From an uncultured archaeon (GTDB lineage Archaea > Asgardarchaeota > Lokiarchaeia > Sigyniarchaeales > SOKP01), in NCBI GenBank assembly GCA_964486045.1, contig CAZALK010000001.1:96001-160000 (forward strand): a stretch of 64,000 nt of DNA. Reading direction: 5' to 3'. The number at the start of each line of letters is the position of its first letter. Position 1 is the first letter of the stretch. This document shows positions 28,644-39,070 of the stretch, one piece after another. The notes under the pieces are model-generated. The model did no database searches, was not told the origin of the DNA, and worked only from the letters and a program-made list of their open reading frames with translations. Both the position numbers and the translations under genes were made by a program.

Positions 28644-30521
28644 ATGACAGAACTTAATAGTATTCTAGAAAATTCTGTTGAGAAATATCGAAACTTAATA
28701 CACAATATTTCGGATGTTATTGCGGAAATAGATCTCAACGGTATATTTACTTATGTTAGTCCGCAAGTTTATACAATATTTGGCTATAAACCCGAAGAAT
28801 TAATTGGAGCTAAATTCTTTTCTTTTATTCATCCAGATGACATGCCATCTATTATCGAAACTTTTGAAAAAGCAATAAATTCTAAAAAATCTTGGTCTTT
28901 CGATTTAAAGGTAAGACATAAAGAAGGTCATTATATTAATGTCTTAGCAAATGGAAATTTAGTGAAAATTGATGATAATTTAAAAATCGTTTGTATTTTG
29001 AAAGATATCACCGAAAGAATTAAACAAGAACAAGCTCTAAAAGATTCTGAAGAATCTTTTAAAAATATTGCTGACTCCTCTCTGGTGGGAATCAACATAA
29101 TACAAAATAATTATGTGGTTTATACAAATGACGCGAGTTCTGAAATTATAGAATATTCGGTTGAAGAAATTGAAAATTGGTCTATTCAAGACCTCATAAA
29201 TTTAATCGATCAAGAGGATTTACCCCTTATTCAAGAAAAATTAAAATTAATAATGGAAGAACCAAAGGACACTTTAATTCGATATTCATGTAGATTACAT
29301 ACAAAATCAGGTAAATTGAAGTGGGTAGAAATTTTTTCCAAAAACATTTTATTCAACGGAAATGAAGCGATTTTATCTTCCATAATTGATGTCTCAGAGA
29401 AAAAACAAGCTGAGAAGATGTTAAAAGAATCTGAAGAATTATTTAGAAAGGTAAGCGAAAAAGCATACTATGGAATAATTCTCACTAAAAGTGATGGAAG
29501 AATCTACTATTGGAATAAGGCCGCTGAGAACATCTTTGGGTATTCTTATAAAGATACAGATGGAAAAAACATTTATGATCTTATAATACCTGAAGATTAT
29601 AAAGCTGAATTTAAAAAAGGAGTTGAAATTTTTAAAAAAACGGGACAATTATCTCTGGATGGAAAAGTATTGGAATATCCTGGTAAAAAAAAGGATGGGA
29701 CCTTAGTTTCCTTAGAAATTTCTTTTTCTAAGGTTAGAATTAACAATCAATGGCATGCTCTGGCGATCTTCAGAGATATTACAGAAAGGAAAAAAGTTGA
29801 AACAAAATTAAAAGAAATTAACCAGTTAAAATTAGAAATACTTGAAAGAACATCGCATGAGCTAAAAACACCCCTCATTTCGATAAAGGGATTTACAGAT
29901 TTATTGCTTGATTTACATAAAGAAAAATTTGACACCGAAACGGTCGCTATTTTAGATGAAATTAAACAAGGTGCAGAAAAGCTTGAAGCAATAATTAACA
30001 AATTTCTAGAAACTTCTTATTTAGAATCAGGAAAAGTACAAATTAACCCAATTGAAGATGATTTATCATTTTTAATTAAGTTTTGTGTTAAAAATTTACG
30101 CGGCCTAGCGAATACGCGAAATCTTTTTATCAGTTTAGACGTACCAGAAAAATTAATAGTTAAATTTGAGAAAGAGAAGCTACATGAAGTAGTTAGCCAC
30201 TTAATAATCAATGCCATAAAATATACCCCCCCATTTGGAGAGATAAAGGTTCAATCTGAAATTAACGGTGATTTTATAGTTGTGTCAGTTGAAGATAGTG
30301 GAATTGGTCTAACAGAGGAGGAAAAAAACAAAATTTTTAAGCAATTCGGGAAAATCGAACGTTACGGTCAGGGTTGGGATATTGGTATCGAAGGAACAGG
30401 AATGGGTTTATATACTTCAAAAAAAATTGTAGAGCTGCATGGAGGAAAAATCTGGGCTGAATCTGAGGGAAAAAATATGGGTTCTAAATTTTGTTTTTCA
30501 CTCCCTTTTGGCAAAGATTAA
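28644..30521 (+). CDS. PAS-domain sensor histidine kinase (canonical HisKA)
   Basis: Three PAS domains; SHELKTPL; NAIKYT; DSGIG; GTGMGL. Confidence 0.93.
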   Translation: MTELNSILENSVEKYRNLIHNISDVIAEIDLNGIFTYVSPQVYTIFGYKPEELIGAKFFSFIHPDDMPSIIETFEKAINSKKSWSFDLKVRHKEGHYINVLANGNLVKIDDNLKIVCILKDITERIKQEQALKDSEESFKNIADSSLVGINIIQNNYVVYTNDASSEIIEYSVEEIENWSIQDLINLIDQEDLPLIQEKLKLIMEEPKDTLIRYSCRLHTKSGKLKWVEIFSKNILFNGNEAILSSIIDVSEKKQAEKMLKESEELFRKVSEKAYYGIILTKSDGRIYYWNKAAENIFGYSYKDTDGKNIYDLIIPEDYKAEFKKGVEIFKKTGQLSLDGKVLEYPGKKKDGTLVSLEISFSKVRINNQWHALAIFRDITERKKVETKLKEINQLKLEILERTSHELKTPLISIKGFTDLLLDLHKEKFDTETVAILDEIKQGAEKLEAIINKFLETSYLESGKVQINPIEDDLSFLIKFCVKNLRGLANTRNLFISLDVPEKLIVKFEKEKLHEVVSHLIINAIKYTPPFGEIKVQSEINGDFIVVSVEDSGIGLTEEEKNKIFKQFGKIERYGQGWDIGIEGTGMGLYTSKKIVELHGGKIWAESEGKNMGSKFCFSLPFGKD

Positions 30522-30760
30522 AACTATATTTTGAGTATCCAAATTCGATTTAATATTATCTCAGATTCCTTCTTTTTTTGTTGAAATTTTCAATGAAAAA
30601 ATTAAAAAATGCGGTTATTAACGATAAAACTTTTTTAGATAATTAGTTTTTCTTATCTATACTAGCTTATAAATAAGAAAAGTTATTTAATTTTTAAATT
30701 ATCTTCCAAATTAAAGAGCTTTTTGAGAAGATCTTTAAAAATGTTAGCCCGTTTAGTAAG

Positions 30761-30862
30761 GGGAGGGTAGTCTAGCTTGGTATGATACTATAGGATGTTG
30801 TTCTATAGCATAAATCTTGGTTTGGGACCAAGGGGTCGAGGGTTCAATTCCCTCCTCTCCCA
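30761..30862 (+). tRNA. tRNA-Pro(TGG) with 28-nt BHB intron at position 25/26 (30787-30814)
   Basis: Acceptor stem GGGAGGG/CTCTCCC; D arm GTCT...TGAT; anticodon arm CTTGG-TTTGGGA-CCAAG; T arm GAGGG-TTCAATT-CCCTC. No encoded CCA. Confidence 0.92.
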
Positions 30863-30976
30863 TTTTACTATTTTTAATCTTTAGAGAACAGAAATTAAAG
30901 GGTTTTTAATAAATTAACTTTCTTGAAACATCCTTCATCGGATATTTGTATTTTGAAAAACATAAAATAGTGTATT

Positions 30977-31255
30977 TTAAATATTTGGCAAATCTTCAAT
31001 TTCTAATGATTCTTCTATATTAAAATAAATATCTGGAATTAAATCTTGCACGGTAGAGAAGAGGGACAAAATCATTGCGGGGTTTTCTGAAGAAACTATA
31101 TAATATCGCGTAAATCTACTCAGTTTAGAAATGCTTATTTTATTTTCAAAAAATCGAAATATTTGGTGAATACTGTCATTGAAATCTTTATCTTTTTGAA
31201 TGTATGCTACAATTCTTTTTTTTTTATTTTTTTTAATCTTTAATTTCAATATCAT
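30977..31255 (-). CDS. Small hypothetical protein
   Basis: 92-aa ORF filling the gap downstream of the polyferredoxin. Confidence 0.55.
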   Translation of the reverse strand: MILKLKIKKNKKKRIVAYIQKDKDFNDSIHQIFRFFENKISISKLSRFTRYYIVSSENPAMILSLFSTVQDLIPDIYFNIEESLEIEDLPNI

Positions 31256-31343
31256 TCTGATACCTTTAAATAATAAATATTTATTAATTAACTCAATTAA
31301 TGGTAATTAAGACAGAATCTATTTAAACAAGGATAATTTTATT

Positions 31344-32450
31344 TTAGGTTTCTTGATTCAGAAATTTACTTAGTTCCTTTCTTACTTTCTCTGTCTTCTT
31401 ATCTTTAATCCAGTAGCGGATTTTTGAAGATCTTAGGAATGTTTGGACTTTTTCATTTAATTCTGTGAGTTTCTTTTTATCTTCCTTGGATAATTGAGGG
31501 ACATCTTCTTCAATCTTTTCAGTTAATTTTTGGACTTCTTCTTCAATAAGGGGGATTTCAATCTGCTCTTTACCATTAACGAGTCTTTTTCTCATTATCT
31601 CCTTGAAATTTTTTATCCACCCTTTAATCCAAGGATAATTTCCAGATTTTTTAGGATCATTAATTACTACGTCCCTCCTCTTAACAATTATCAAATCATC
31701 TGGGCAGGAGTTTTCACATGCGCCACAATAAAAGCATTCATCCTCATTGCATGCTATTTTTCCGTATTTTTTAACATCTTCTGCTTTTTCTGGTATAAAA
31801 AAAGATTCTGTTGGGCAAATATTAACACAAGCTTTACACCCTTGAGGATCGCACTTATGTAGCATATTCTTTTTAATTATAACCTCCCCTTTGATCGGAG
31901 ATGCAATACGAAAACATTTGGTTGGGCATTCTTTTTGAATTGTAAAATAATCTCTAATATTATTCCTTTCCCTTACTTTTAAGCATAATTGACATATTTC
32001 ATTATTTGAATCTTCAATACAGTTATCTAAATCAATTTTAAAAAACTCCCCAATAGAAGGGAATTCATCCAAATCAATTTGGTCTATAGGTTTAATATTC
32101 TCATGGAATGCATCGTTTGGGCAAATAACGGCACATAACATACAGTAGCAGCATTTCTCATGATCTATCAAGATTTGTGGGTTACTATCGTCCAGGATTC
32201 CTTGAGCTATATCCGAAATGGGACCAAGTTCTATAGCATCAACAGGGCAAACTATTTTGCATAAAGAACACCCTACACATTTTTTAATATCATAAGTTAG
32301 CTTTTTATCAATATTTTGAAACTTCCATTTAAGTATCAATTGATCTGGTGTAATATCTATAACTTTTTTAATCTCTTCCTCTTCCAAGTTTTCTTTATCT
32401 TGTATATTCTTAGAAATCTCGACCACTCGATAAACTTTCTGAAAATCCAA
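31344..32450 (-). CDS. 4Fe-4S polyferredoxin (FwdF-like)
   Basis: Four CxxCxxCxxxCP-type motifs plus a degenerate central Cys cluster. Confidence 0.85.
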   Translation of the reverse strand: MDFQKVYRVVEISKNIQDKENLEEEEIKKVIDITPDQLILKWKFQNIDKKLTYDIKKCVGCSLCKIVCPVDAIELGPISDIAQGILDDSNPQILIDHEKCCYCMLCAVICPNDAFHENIKPIDQIDLDEFPSIGEFFKIDLDNCIEDSNNEICQLCLKVRERNNIRDYFTIQKECPTKCFRIASPIKGEVIIKKNMLHKCDPQGCKACVNICPTESFFIPEKAEDVKKYGKIACNEDECFYCGACENSCPDDLIIVKRRDVVINDPKKSGNYPWIKGWIKNFKEIMRKRLVNGKEQIEIPLIEEEVQKLTEKIEEDVPQLSKEDKKKLTELNEKVQTFLRSSKIRYWIKDKKTEKVRKELSKFLNQET

Positions 32451-32704
32451 TAATTTAAGCTACAATTTAAAAGATTGTTCTCTAATTTTATTTAAAGAAA
32501 AAGGAAAAAAAAATCTTTCGATAATATTCTACAATTTTCTGCTTGAATTCGATAACAGAAATTATATTTTGATCTTTATGACAAAAAAGTTAAGCATAAA
32601 TATTATAATTATTGCTATTTTCTTTAATGATCAAAACAAAAAAAATATGGATTATGTCCTATTTTTAATTATTTTGTCATTGAAAATATAAACAGGGATA
32701 TTTC

Positions 32705-34231
32705 TTGATTGATAAATTTAAAAATTTAAAACTTGACCGCCAATGGTATTCCACGACCCTAAAGAGTATTGGTGATGGGGTAATAGCAACCGATAAGGAT
32801 GGTAGAATATTATTCCTTAATTCGGTAGCAGAGACCATAACAGGTTGGGCTTTTGAAGAATCAACCGGTTTAGATTTAGAAAAAGTTTTCAATGTTATGA
32901 ACGAAGAGACTAGTGAAAGAGTTGATAACCCTGTGGAAAAAGTTATTGCAACTGGAAATGTTGTTGGTCTATCAAATCACACAATATTAATAAATAAAGA
33001 AGGAAAAGAAATTCCCATTGATGATAGTGGTGCTCCTATAAGGAATGAAAAGGGTGAAATAATCGGTGTGGTACTTGTTTTTAGAGATATTTCTGAAAGA
33101 AAACGATCACGGGAAAAATTAAGACGAATAGAAGAGGATTTTCAGAAACTGTTTAACAGTATGGTTACTGGTTTTGCTCATCATAAAGTTGTCTTTGACG
33201 ATAAAGGAAAGCCCATAGATTATATTTTCTTGGAAATAAATCCGATGTTCGAGAAATTAACCGGGTTAAAAAAAGAAGATATCATTGGAAAAACCGTTAC
33301 TGAGGCGCTTCCTGGAATAGAAAATTCAGAATTCGATTGGATCAATTTTTATGGGGAAGTTTCACTTACTGGGGAAAAAAAAGAATTTGAACAATTTGCA
33401 GAACCCTTAAATAAATGGTATTCTGTTGAAGTTTACAGCACTAAAACGGGCTATTTCACTACTATTTTTTCAGATATAACCAGAATTAAACAAACAGAAC
33501 AAAAATTGAAAAGTTCAGAAACAAAGTATCGAGAAGCTTATAATCGAGCTCAATTTTATAAAGATCTTTTTGCTCATGATATAAATAACATTTTACAGAA
33601 TGTTCAATCTTCTACTGACACGTTAATGCTAGCCAGAAAAACTGGAGAAGAAAAAGAAATTTCAAATGAGATGCTAAAAACCATTAAAACTCAAGTTAGT
33701 AGAGGTGCAAAATTAGTATCTAATGTCAGAAAACTCTCTGATATTGAAGATACTGAATTTCATTTAAAGCTAGTTGATTCAATTACCTTTTTAAAAAATG
33801 CAATAAACTTCGTAAATGAAAGTTATAAAGAAAAGAACCTTACTATTGAACATGAATCCGAAAATAATGAATATAATGTAAAAGCAAATGATCTTATATT
33901 AGACGTATTTGAAAATATATTAATAAATGCAATAAAACATAATAGAAAGCAAAATATCGAAATAATTATAAAAATCTCTAAAGAGAAAAAAGACGAAGAC
34001 CATTTTGTTAAATTCGAGTTCATAGATAATGGTATAGGTATACAAGATGAAAGGAAACAAATGATATTTCAAAGATCTAAGAGAACTAGTGTTACTGGAA
34101 TGGGATTGGGCCTATCTCTAGTAAATCACATCATAATGAAATACAAAGGGCAGATTTGGGTTGAAAATAAAGTTAAAGATGATTACTCTAAAGGTTCCAA
34201 TTTTATTTTATTAATACCTGAGGTGAAATAA
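32705..34231 (+). CDS. PAS-domain sensor histidine kinase
   Basis: 'SIGDGVIATD' PAS domain and a second PAS; AHDINNILQ; DNGIG; GMGLGL. Confidence 0.92.
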   Translation: MIDKFKNLKLDRQWYSTTLKSIGDGVIATDKDGRILFLNSVAETITGWAFEESTGLDLEKVFNVMNEETSERVDNPVEKVIATGNVVGLSNHTILINKEGKEIPIDDSGAPIRNEKGEIIGVVLVFRDISERKRSREKLRRIEEDFQKLFNSMVTGFAHHKVVFDDKGKPIDYIFLEINPMFEKLTGLKKEDIIGKTVTEALPGIENSEFDWINFYGEVSLTGEKKEFEQFAEPLNKWYSVEVYSTKTGYFTTIFSDITRIKQTEQKLKSSETKYREAYNRAQFYKDLFAHDINNILQNVQSSTDTLMLARKTGEEKEISNEMLKTIKTQVSRGAKLVSNVRKLSDIEDTEFHLKLVDSITFLKNAINFVNESYKEKNLTIEHESENNEYNVKANDLILDVFENILINAIKHNRKQNIEIIIKISKEKKDEDHFVKFEFIDNGIGIQDERKQMIFQRSKRTSVTGMGLGLSLVNHIIMKYKGQIWVENKVKDDYSKGSNFILLIPEVK

Positions 34232-34232
34232 G

Positions 34233-34601
34233 TTAAAAACGATTTTTATTGCTGAGGATGATAGAGATCTTCAAAGGTTATATGAACTACTCTTAAAAAT
34301 GTCGGGATTCCAAGTATTAGGGATTGCGAATAATGGAGATGAGGCAATAAAAATGTTTAAATCATTTCAAAAAAAACCGGATATCATAATCTTAGATTAT
34401 AGAATGCCGATTAAAAATGGGATTGATGCTCTGAATGAAATCTTAGAAATTGATAATAGCTCAAAAATTATATTTGCAAGCGCTGATAGAACTATAAAAG
34501 AGGAAGTGTATCTTCAAGGAGCAATGGGATTTTTAGATAAACCATTTACGCACAAGAAATTGATGACTGTATTAAAAAGTATTCTAAATGACTCACCCTA
34601 A
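34233..34601 (+). CDS. Single-domain response regulator (receiver)
   Basis: In-frame 'LKTIFIAEDD' lies upstream of ATG 34299. DIIILDYRMP, ASA and KPF motifs are present. Confidence 0.88.
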   Translation, partial: LKTIFIAEDDRDLQRLYELLLKMSGFQVLGIANNGDEAIKMFKSFQKKPDIIILDYRMPIKNGIDALNEILEIDNSSKIIFASADRTIKEEVYLQGAMGFLDKPFTHKKLMTVLKSILNDSP

Positions 34602-34649
34602 AATAATATACAATTTGATACTTACCCCGAGATTACTATTTAAAACGGA

Positions 34650-35150
34650 TTATGAATAATAATCATAGCTTCCTCTATCGAAATCATAGATATACTCAAT
34701 AGGGATCCCATCTCGTTGGAGATCAGGAGGAGCATAAATTAACTGTAAATTAGGAAAGTAAGCACCAATACCCTTCTTTGCAAGTACAATAGCTGGATGG
34801 TCGGCTTCTTTAAATATCGCTTCACTTACTCTCAAGGTGATAGAGCGACATTGCATTTCATTTAGGGCTCCTAGGGCATGAATATATTCATGTAAAAGGA
34901 TGTGATATGTATAAGCCCAAAGAATTTCATAAGGTTGTTCTCTAAGGAGTATCTTTAAGGGCGTTTTATTCATGACAATGTCCGTTCCTGGAGAAAAATG
35001 CATTCCTCCAATAAATCCTCCTTGGTACATCCCCATTTCGACTAGTCCTAAAGTTAATCCCGCTCTTTTTTTACCTGTTATTTTTCGAACATCATTTTTT
35101 ACCTGTTCGAATATTACCGGCATTTTCTTTTTCAGTTCATCGAGTGTTAT
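34650..35150 (-). CDS. Zincin-like metallopeptidase (HEXXH)
   Basis: 'YHILLHEYIHALG..NE'. First ATG at 35123; possible ATA start at 35150 after GAGGT. Confidence 0.7.
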   Translation of the reverse strand: MTLDELKKKMPVIFEQVKNDVRKITGKKRAGLTLGLVEMGMYQGGFIGGMHFSPGTDIVMNKTPLKILLREQPYEILWAYTYHILLHEYIHALGALNEMQCRSITLRVSEAIFKEADHPAIVLAKKGIGAYFPNLQLIYAPPDLQRDGIPIEYIYDFDRGSYDYYS

Positions 35151-35184
35151 TTTGATTACCTCAATAAAATTATAAAACTAATTT

Positions 35185-35973
35185 TTATATATCAAAGAAG
35201 AAAAAGTTATCTTCATCTTCATACATAAAATCCATCAATTTAGATAAATCTCTTAACAAGTAACTTATCGATATTTTATTCTGAGCTCTTCTTATTTTTC
35301 CCATATCTGAGAAAAAAATATCATCTATTAATGTGTCAATATTTATTCTTTTAAAATATTTAGTTGGATTATAAAAGATTGTGTAAAAGATTTCCTTTTC
35401 CAGATTCGGTTGCTCTCTCTTTTTAATATCTTTGTCATATAAATCTCTCATTATATTTTTTAACTCAATTATAAAGCATTCTTTATCACGTAACAGCACA
35501 TTTCTTTCGACTTCCAATTCGCTAATATTTTGTTCAACTTCTCTTATTCTTGCTCCCAAAAATCTAAGCTTCTCATTTGGATTACTGATTTTTTGATAAT
35601 CTACATGACAACTAGTGTCTTTTAGTTTCAAATTTTCTCTGAAGTCATCAATTTTGGAGACGGCATATGTGATGCTATAATAGTCTGGAGTGATGTTAAT
35701 TCTTAAAGAAAGATTACTCTTAATCCTGTATTTAATATTTCTTGGATCTGCACCAAAGCTTTCAATAATATTATAATCAGTAAGTGATTTAAGCTGTGAG
35801 TGAATAGCTTGTCTTGAGATCTTCCTTCCAAATGAAGCAGCTAATTCTGAAGCGCCCAGTGGTACTTTAGCTAATTTAGAGAGAATAATTCTTCTCGTTG
35901 GGTTTCCCAATATCTCAAGTAAATTATCCAAACTAAGAAACAATTTCGTTCCCCTCTGCTCTTCCAATTCCAT
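35185..35973 (-). CDS. ArsR-type winged-HTH + coiled-coil regulator (Phr/HSR1-like heat-shock regulator)
   Basis: 'LLEILGNPTRRIILSKLAKVP...ISRQAIHSQL'; lies downstream of hsp20-cdc48. Confidence 0.75.
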   Translation of the reverse strand: MELEEQRGTKLFLSLDNLLEILGNPTRRIILSKLAKVPLGASELAASFGRKISRQAIHSQLKSLTDYNIIESFGADPRNIKYRIKSNLSLRINITPDYYSITYAVSKIDDFRENLKLKDTSCHVDYQKISNPNEKLRFLGARIREVEQNISELEVERNVLLRDKECFIIELKNIMRDLYDKDIKKREQPNLEKEIFYTIFYNPTKYFKRINIDTLIDDIFFSDMGKIRRAQNKISISYLLRDLSKLMDFMYEDEDNFFFFDI

Positions 35974-36027
35974 TAAGATAACTCCTTATCTTTTTTTCTC
36001 TTAATAATTAAATTAGCATTAAGATTT

Positions 36028-38256
36028 TTAACGATATAACCCTTCTGAGGGTTGTTCTTTTGAATAACTTTCATGTGATACTCGTGCTTTCTCAGCAGAC
36101 TTTAAAACTTTTTTAATCGCATCCTCAAATTCAGCTTTTGAAACTTTTACTTTTTTTACCGACATAGCATCTTGTGTATTGATATCTGTATTCAATACTG
36201 CCTTGCGAATAGTTAAAAGTGTGGCTTCTTCACATATTGCTTTAATATCTGCTCCAGTATAGCCTTTTAATTCTTGTGCCATCTGATTATAATCTACATT
36301 GGATGCTAAAGGTTTATTCCTAAGGTGAATTTTGAATATCTCTTCTCGTGCTTCTTTATTTGGCATTGGTATCTCTACATGCCTTCCAAATCTTCCTGAA
36401 CGTAATAAAGCCGGATCAAGCATATCTGGCCTATTAGTTGCTGCTAGTAAAATGACATCTTTCAATCCTTCCAGGCCATCCATTTCAGTAAGTAGTTGAG
36501 AAACGACTTGTTCAGTTACCTGAGAACCTGCAAAACGTCCTCTCATTCCCGCAATTGCGTCTATCTCATCAAAGAATATGATGCAAGGGGATGCAGCTCT
36601 AGCTTTACGAAATGTTTCTCTTACTGCTTTTTCGCTTTCACCAACCCATTTAGATAGGAATTCTGGTCCTTTTACAGATATAAAATTAATCTCAGTTTCA
36701 TGAGCTAGAGCTTTTGCTAATAAAGTTTTTCCGCTTCCAGGAGGGCCGAAAAGTAATATTCCATTTGGAGGTCGCGAATTTAAATGATTATAGAGCTCAG
36801 GATACTTTAATGGCCATTCAATTACTTCTCTTAGTTGTTGGATTGCGTCACTTAAACCACCAATGTCATCCCAAGTCTCAGATGGTTGAGTAATTAAAAC
36901 TTCTCTTAAAGCCGAAGGTTCAATACCATTCAACGCCGTTTCAAAATTCTTCATAATAATTTGAAGATCCATAAGAATTTCAGGGGGAATTGGTTTGTCC
37001 AAGTTAATATTTGGTAATATTTTTCGTATTGCGAGCATAGCTGCTTCCTTTGCCAGTGATTCAACATCCGCTCCGACAAATCCGTGTGTTTTTTCAGCCA
37101 TAAGACGTAAATCAACATCATCATGTAAAGGCATACCACGAGTATGAATTAGTAGGATATCATACCTACCATCTGTATCAGGAACTCCAATCTCAATTTC
37201 TCTATCAAATCTACCAGGACGCCGAAGTGCTGGATCAATATCATTAACTCGATTTGTCGCACCAATTACAATAATTTCGCCTCTACCTTCTAAACCATCT
37301 AATAATGAAAGCAATTGAGCCACTACTCTTCTTTCTACCTCACCTGTAACCTCTCCTCGTTTAGGAGCAATTGAATCTAGTTCATCGATAAAGATAATTG
37401 AAGGAGACATATCTTTTGCCTCTTCGAATACTTTTCTTAAATTTTCTTCACTTTGACCATAAAATTTGCTCATAATTTCAGGTCCACTTATCGTGATAAA
37501 ATGTGCCTCAGTTTCATAGGCAACAGCTCTAGCGAGTAATGTTTTGCCAGTACCAGGAGGACCATGGAGTAAAACACCTTTGGGGGGATCAATACCTATT
37601 CGTTTAAAAAGTTCAGGATGCCGAATGGGTAATTCAATCATTTCTCGAATTTTCTGAATTTCCTCTTCCAACCCACCAATATCTTCATATGTAACCCTTC
37701 TATTTTCTAACTCTTCTATTTCTTTATGAGATTTCTCAGATATTGTAATTTTTGTCTCTAAATGAATTCTTACAGCATCGGCTCGAGGAGCGTAATCAAT
37801 AACGATAAAATCAATCCTTCTACCCATCGCATTAAAACTCAGAATATCACCCTTAGTAATAACACGATTTTCTAACATCCTCACTAAACGATTTGGATCC
37901 CGTATTATTACCGACTCTTCTACTCCCGCAAAAGTTATTCTGTCGGCTAAACTTGCCTCAATCTTACGAATTTCTACAATATCATCTAAAGACGCATTTA
38001 AATTACGTCGCAATGAAGAGTCTATTCTTACGACATTCCTTCCTTTATCTTCATCCTTTCCTGGATATAACAATGCTGCAGTCTTTTTCCCAGATACAGC
38101 ACTAACAATTTCAATTACATCTCCAGTTTTAAGATTCATCTCTTTTATTACAAGAGGATCAATTCTTATTCGACCTCTTCCTGCATCTCCCTTATATGCA
38201 TCCTTGATTCTTACTTTTTTCTCTCTTCCCTTATATTCACTGGATATCCCACTCAT
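36028..38256 (-). CDS. cdc48: CDC48/VCP-family AAA+ ATPase
   Basis: N domain; two AAA modules ([16 protein letters not shown]); C-terminal HbYX 'LYR'. Confidence 0.96.
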   Translation of the reverse strand: MSGISSEYKGREKKVRIKDAYKGDAGRGRIRIDPLVIKEMNLKTGDVIEIVSAVSGKKTAALLYPGKDEDKGRNVVRIDSSLRRNLNASLDDIVEIRKIEASLADRITFAGVEESVIIRDPNRLVRMLENRVITKGDILSFNAMGRRIDFIVIDYAPRADAVRIHLETKITISEKSHKEIEELENRRVTYEDIGGLEEEIQKIREMIELPIRHPELFKRIGIDPPKGVLLHGPPGTGKTLLARAVAYETEAHFITISGPEIMSKFYGQSEENLRKVFEEAKDMSPSIIFIDELDSIAPKRGEVTGEVERRVVAQLLSLLDGLEGRGEIIVIGATNRVNDIDPALRRPGRFDREIEIGVPDTDGRYDILLIHTRGMPLHDDVDLRLMAEKTHGFVGADVESLAKEAAMLAIRKILPNINLDKPIPPEILMDLQIIMKNFETALNGIEPSALREVLITQPSETWDDIGGLSDAIQQLREVIEWPLKYPELYNHLNSRPPNGILLFGPPGSGKTLLAKALAHETEINFISVKGPEFLSKWVGESEKAVRETFRKARAASPCIIFFDEIDAIAGMRGRFAGSQVTEQVVSQLLTEMDGLEGLKDVILLAATNRPDMLDPALLRSGRFGRHVEIPMPNKEAREEIFKIHLRNKPLASNVDYNQMAQELKGYTGADIKAICEEATLLTIRKAVLNTDINTQDAMSVKKVKVSKAEFEDAIKKVLKSAEKARVSHESYSKEQPSEGLYR

Positions 38257-38319
38257 ACTTTCCTACCTCGTTTTTGTTTACTGAAATAATTATTTTTAAT
38301 ATCATTATTTTATTCATTT

Positions 38320-38940
38320 TCAGGTTACTTTACTCACATTTATTATTGTCACGCCATTATTTACTTCTAATTCACAAGTTTCTTCTGAGGTTTGAAAGGG
38401 TAGAGGTATAGTCGTCATATATCTACGCCTATCATTCTCCGCCTTGAAATCTAACTTCCTTCCCCCTTCTCTGAATCTAATTTCTATATCCTCCCTCTCA
38501 ATGCCAGGAATCTCAATTAGAATTTCAATAGAACCTTCACGGTCACATACTTCTGTATATGGTTCTAAAATTGATAAATCATTATGATTGTTTTTTTCTT
38601 CAAATGATTCTAAAGAAAGAGTTTTCGCATCAATTTCTTTTGTAGACTGGGAATCGTAAATTTCTCTTACGTTTGGGAGTTTAGATAAATCTGTATCTTC
38701 CAAATGTTCCCATACTTTTTTACTATCAATATTTCCCTCAATTTTAATTTCTGGTTTTTCCATATCACTCTCAAAATGATATGAGATTTTAAAACCTTTA
38801 ATTTTCTCCCTATTGGGAGCTTTAACTCTTTTAATTTCTGATTCTGGAAGAAATAAAAAATCTATTTCAAACATATCTGAATCTAATTTGAAATATGTTT
38901 TAATTTTATCAATAAAATCATCAAATTCGTCTTGCATCAT
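38320..38940 (-). CDS. Hsp20/alpha-crystallin family protein
   Basis: 'EPYTEV...IEIPGIEREDI...VNNGVTII'. Confidence 0.75.
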   Translation of the reverse strand: MMQDEFDDFIDKIKTYFKLDSDMFEIDFLFLPESEIKRVKAPNREKIKGFKISYHFESDMEKPEIKIEGNIDSKKVWEHLEDTDLSKLPNVREIYDSQSTKEIDAKTLSLESFEEKNNHNDLSILEPYTEVCDREGSIEILIEIPGIEREDIEIRFREGGRKLDFKAENDRRRYMTTIPLPFQTSEETCELEVNNGVTIINVSKVT

Positions 38941-38965
38941 TTACCACGTTAATTTTCAGTATTAA

Positions 38966-38985
38966 TGTCAATTTTTAATTGTCAA
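38966..38985 (-). promoter_or_regulatory. Candidate operator: TTGACA direct repeat upstream of hsp20
   Basis: On the minus strand TTGACA-N8-TTGACA lies between a TTTTATA box (about 39023-39029) and the start codon. Confidence 0.35.
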
Positions 38986-39070
38986 CAATTAATATTTTAC
39001 ATCTAGAATATGATCTAGGATCTATAAAAACTTAACGTTTCTGAAAAATAAGGGAGAAAAGCCTGAGAGC

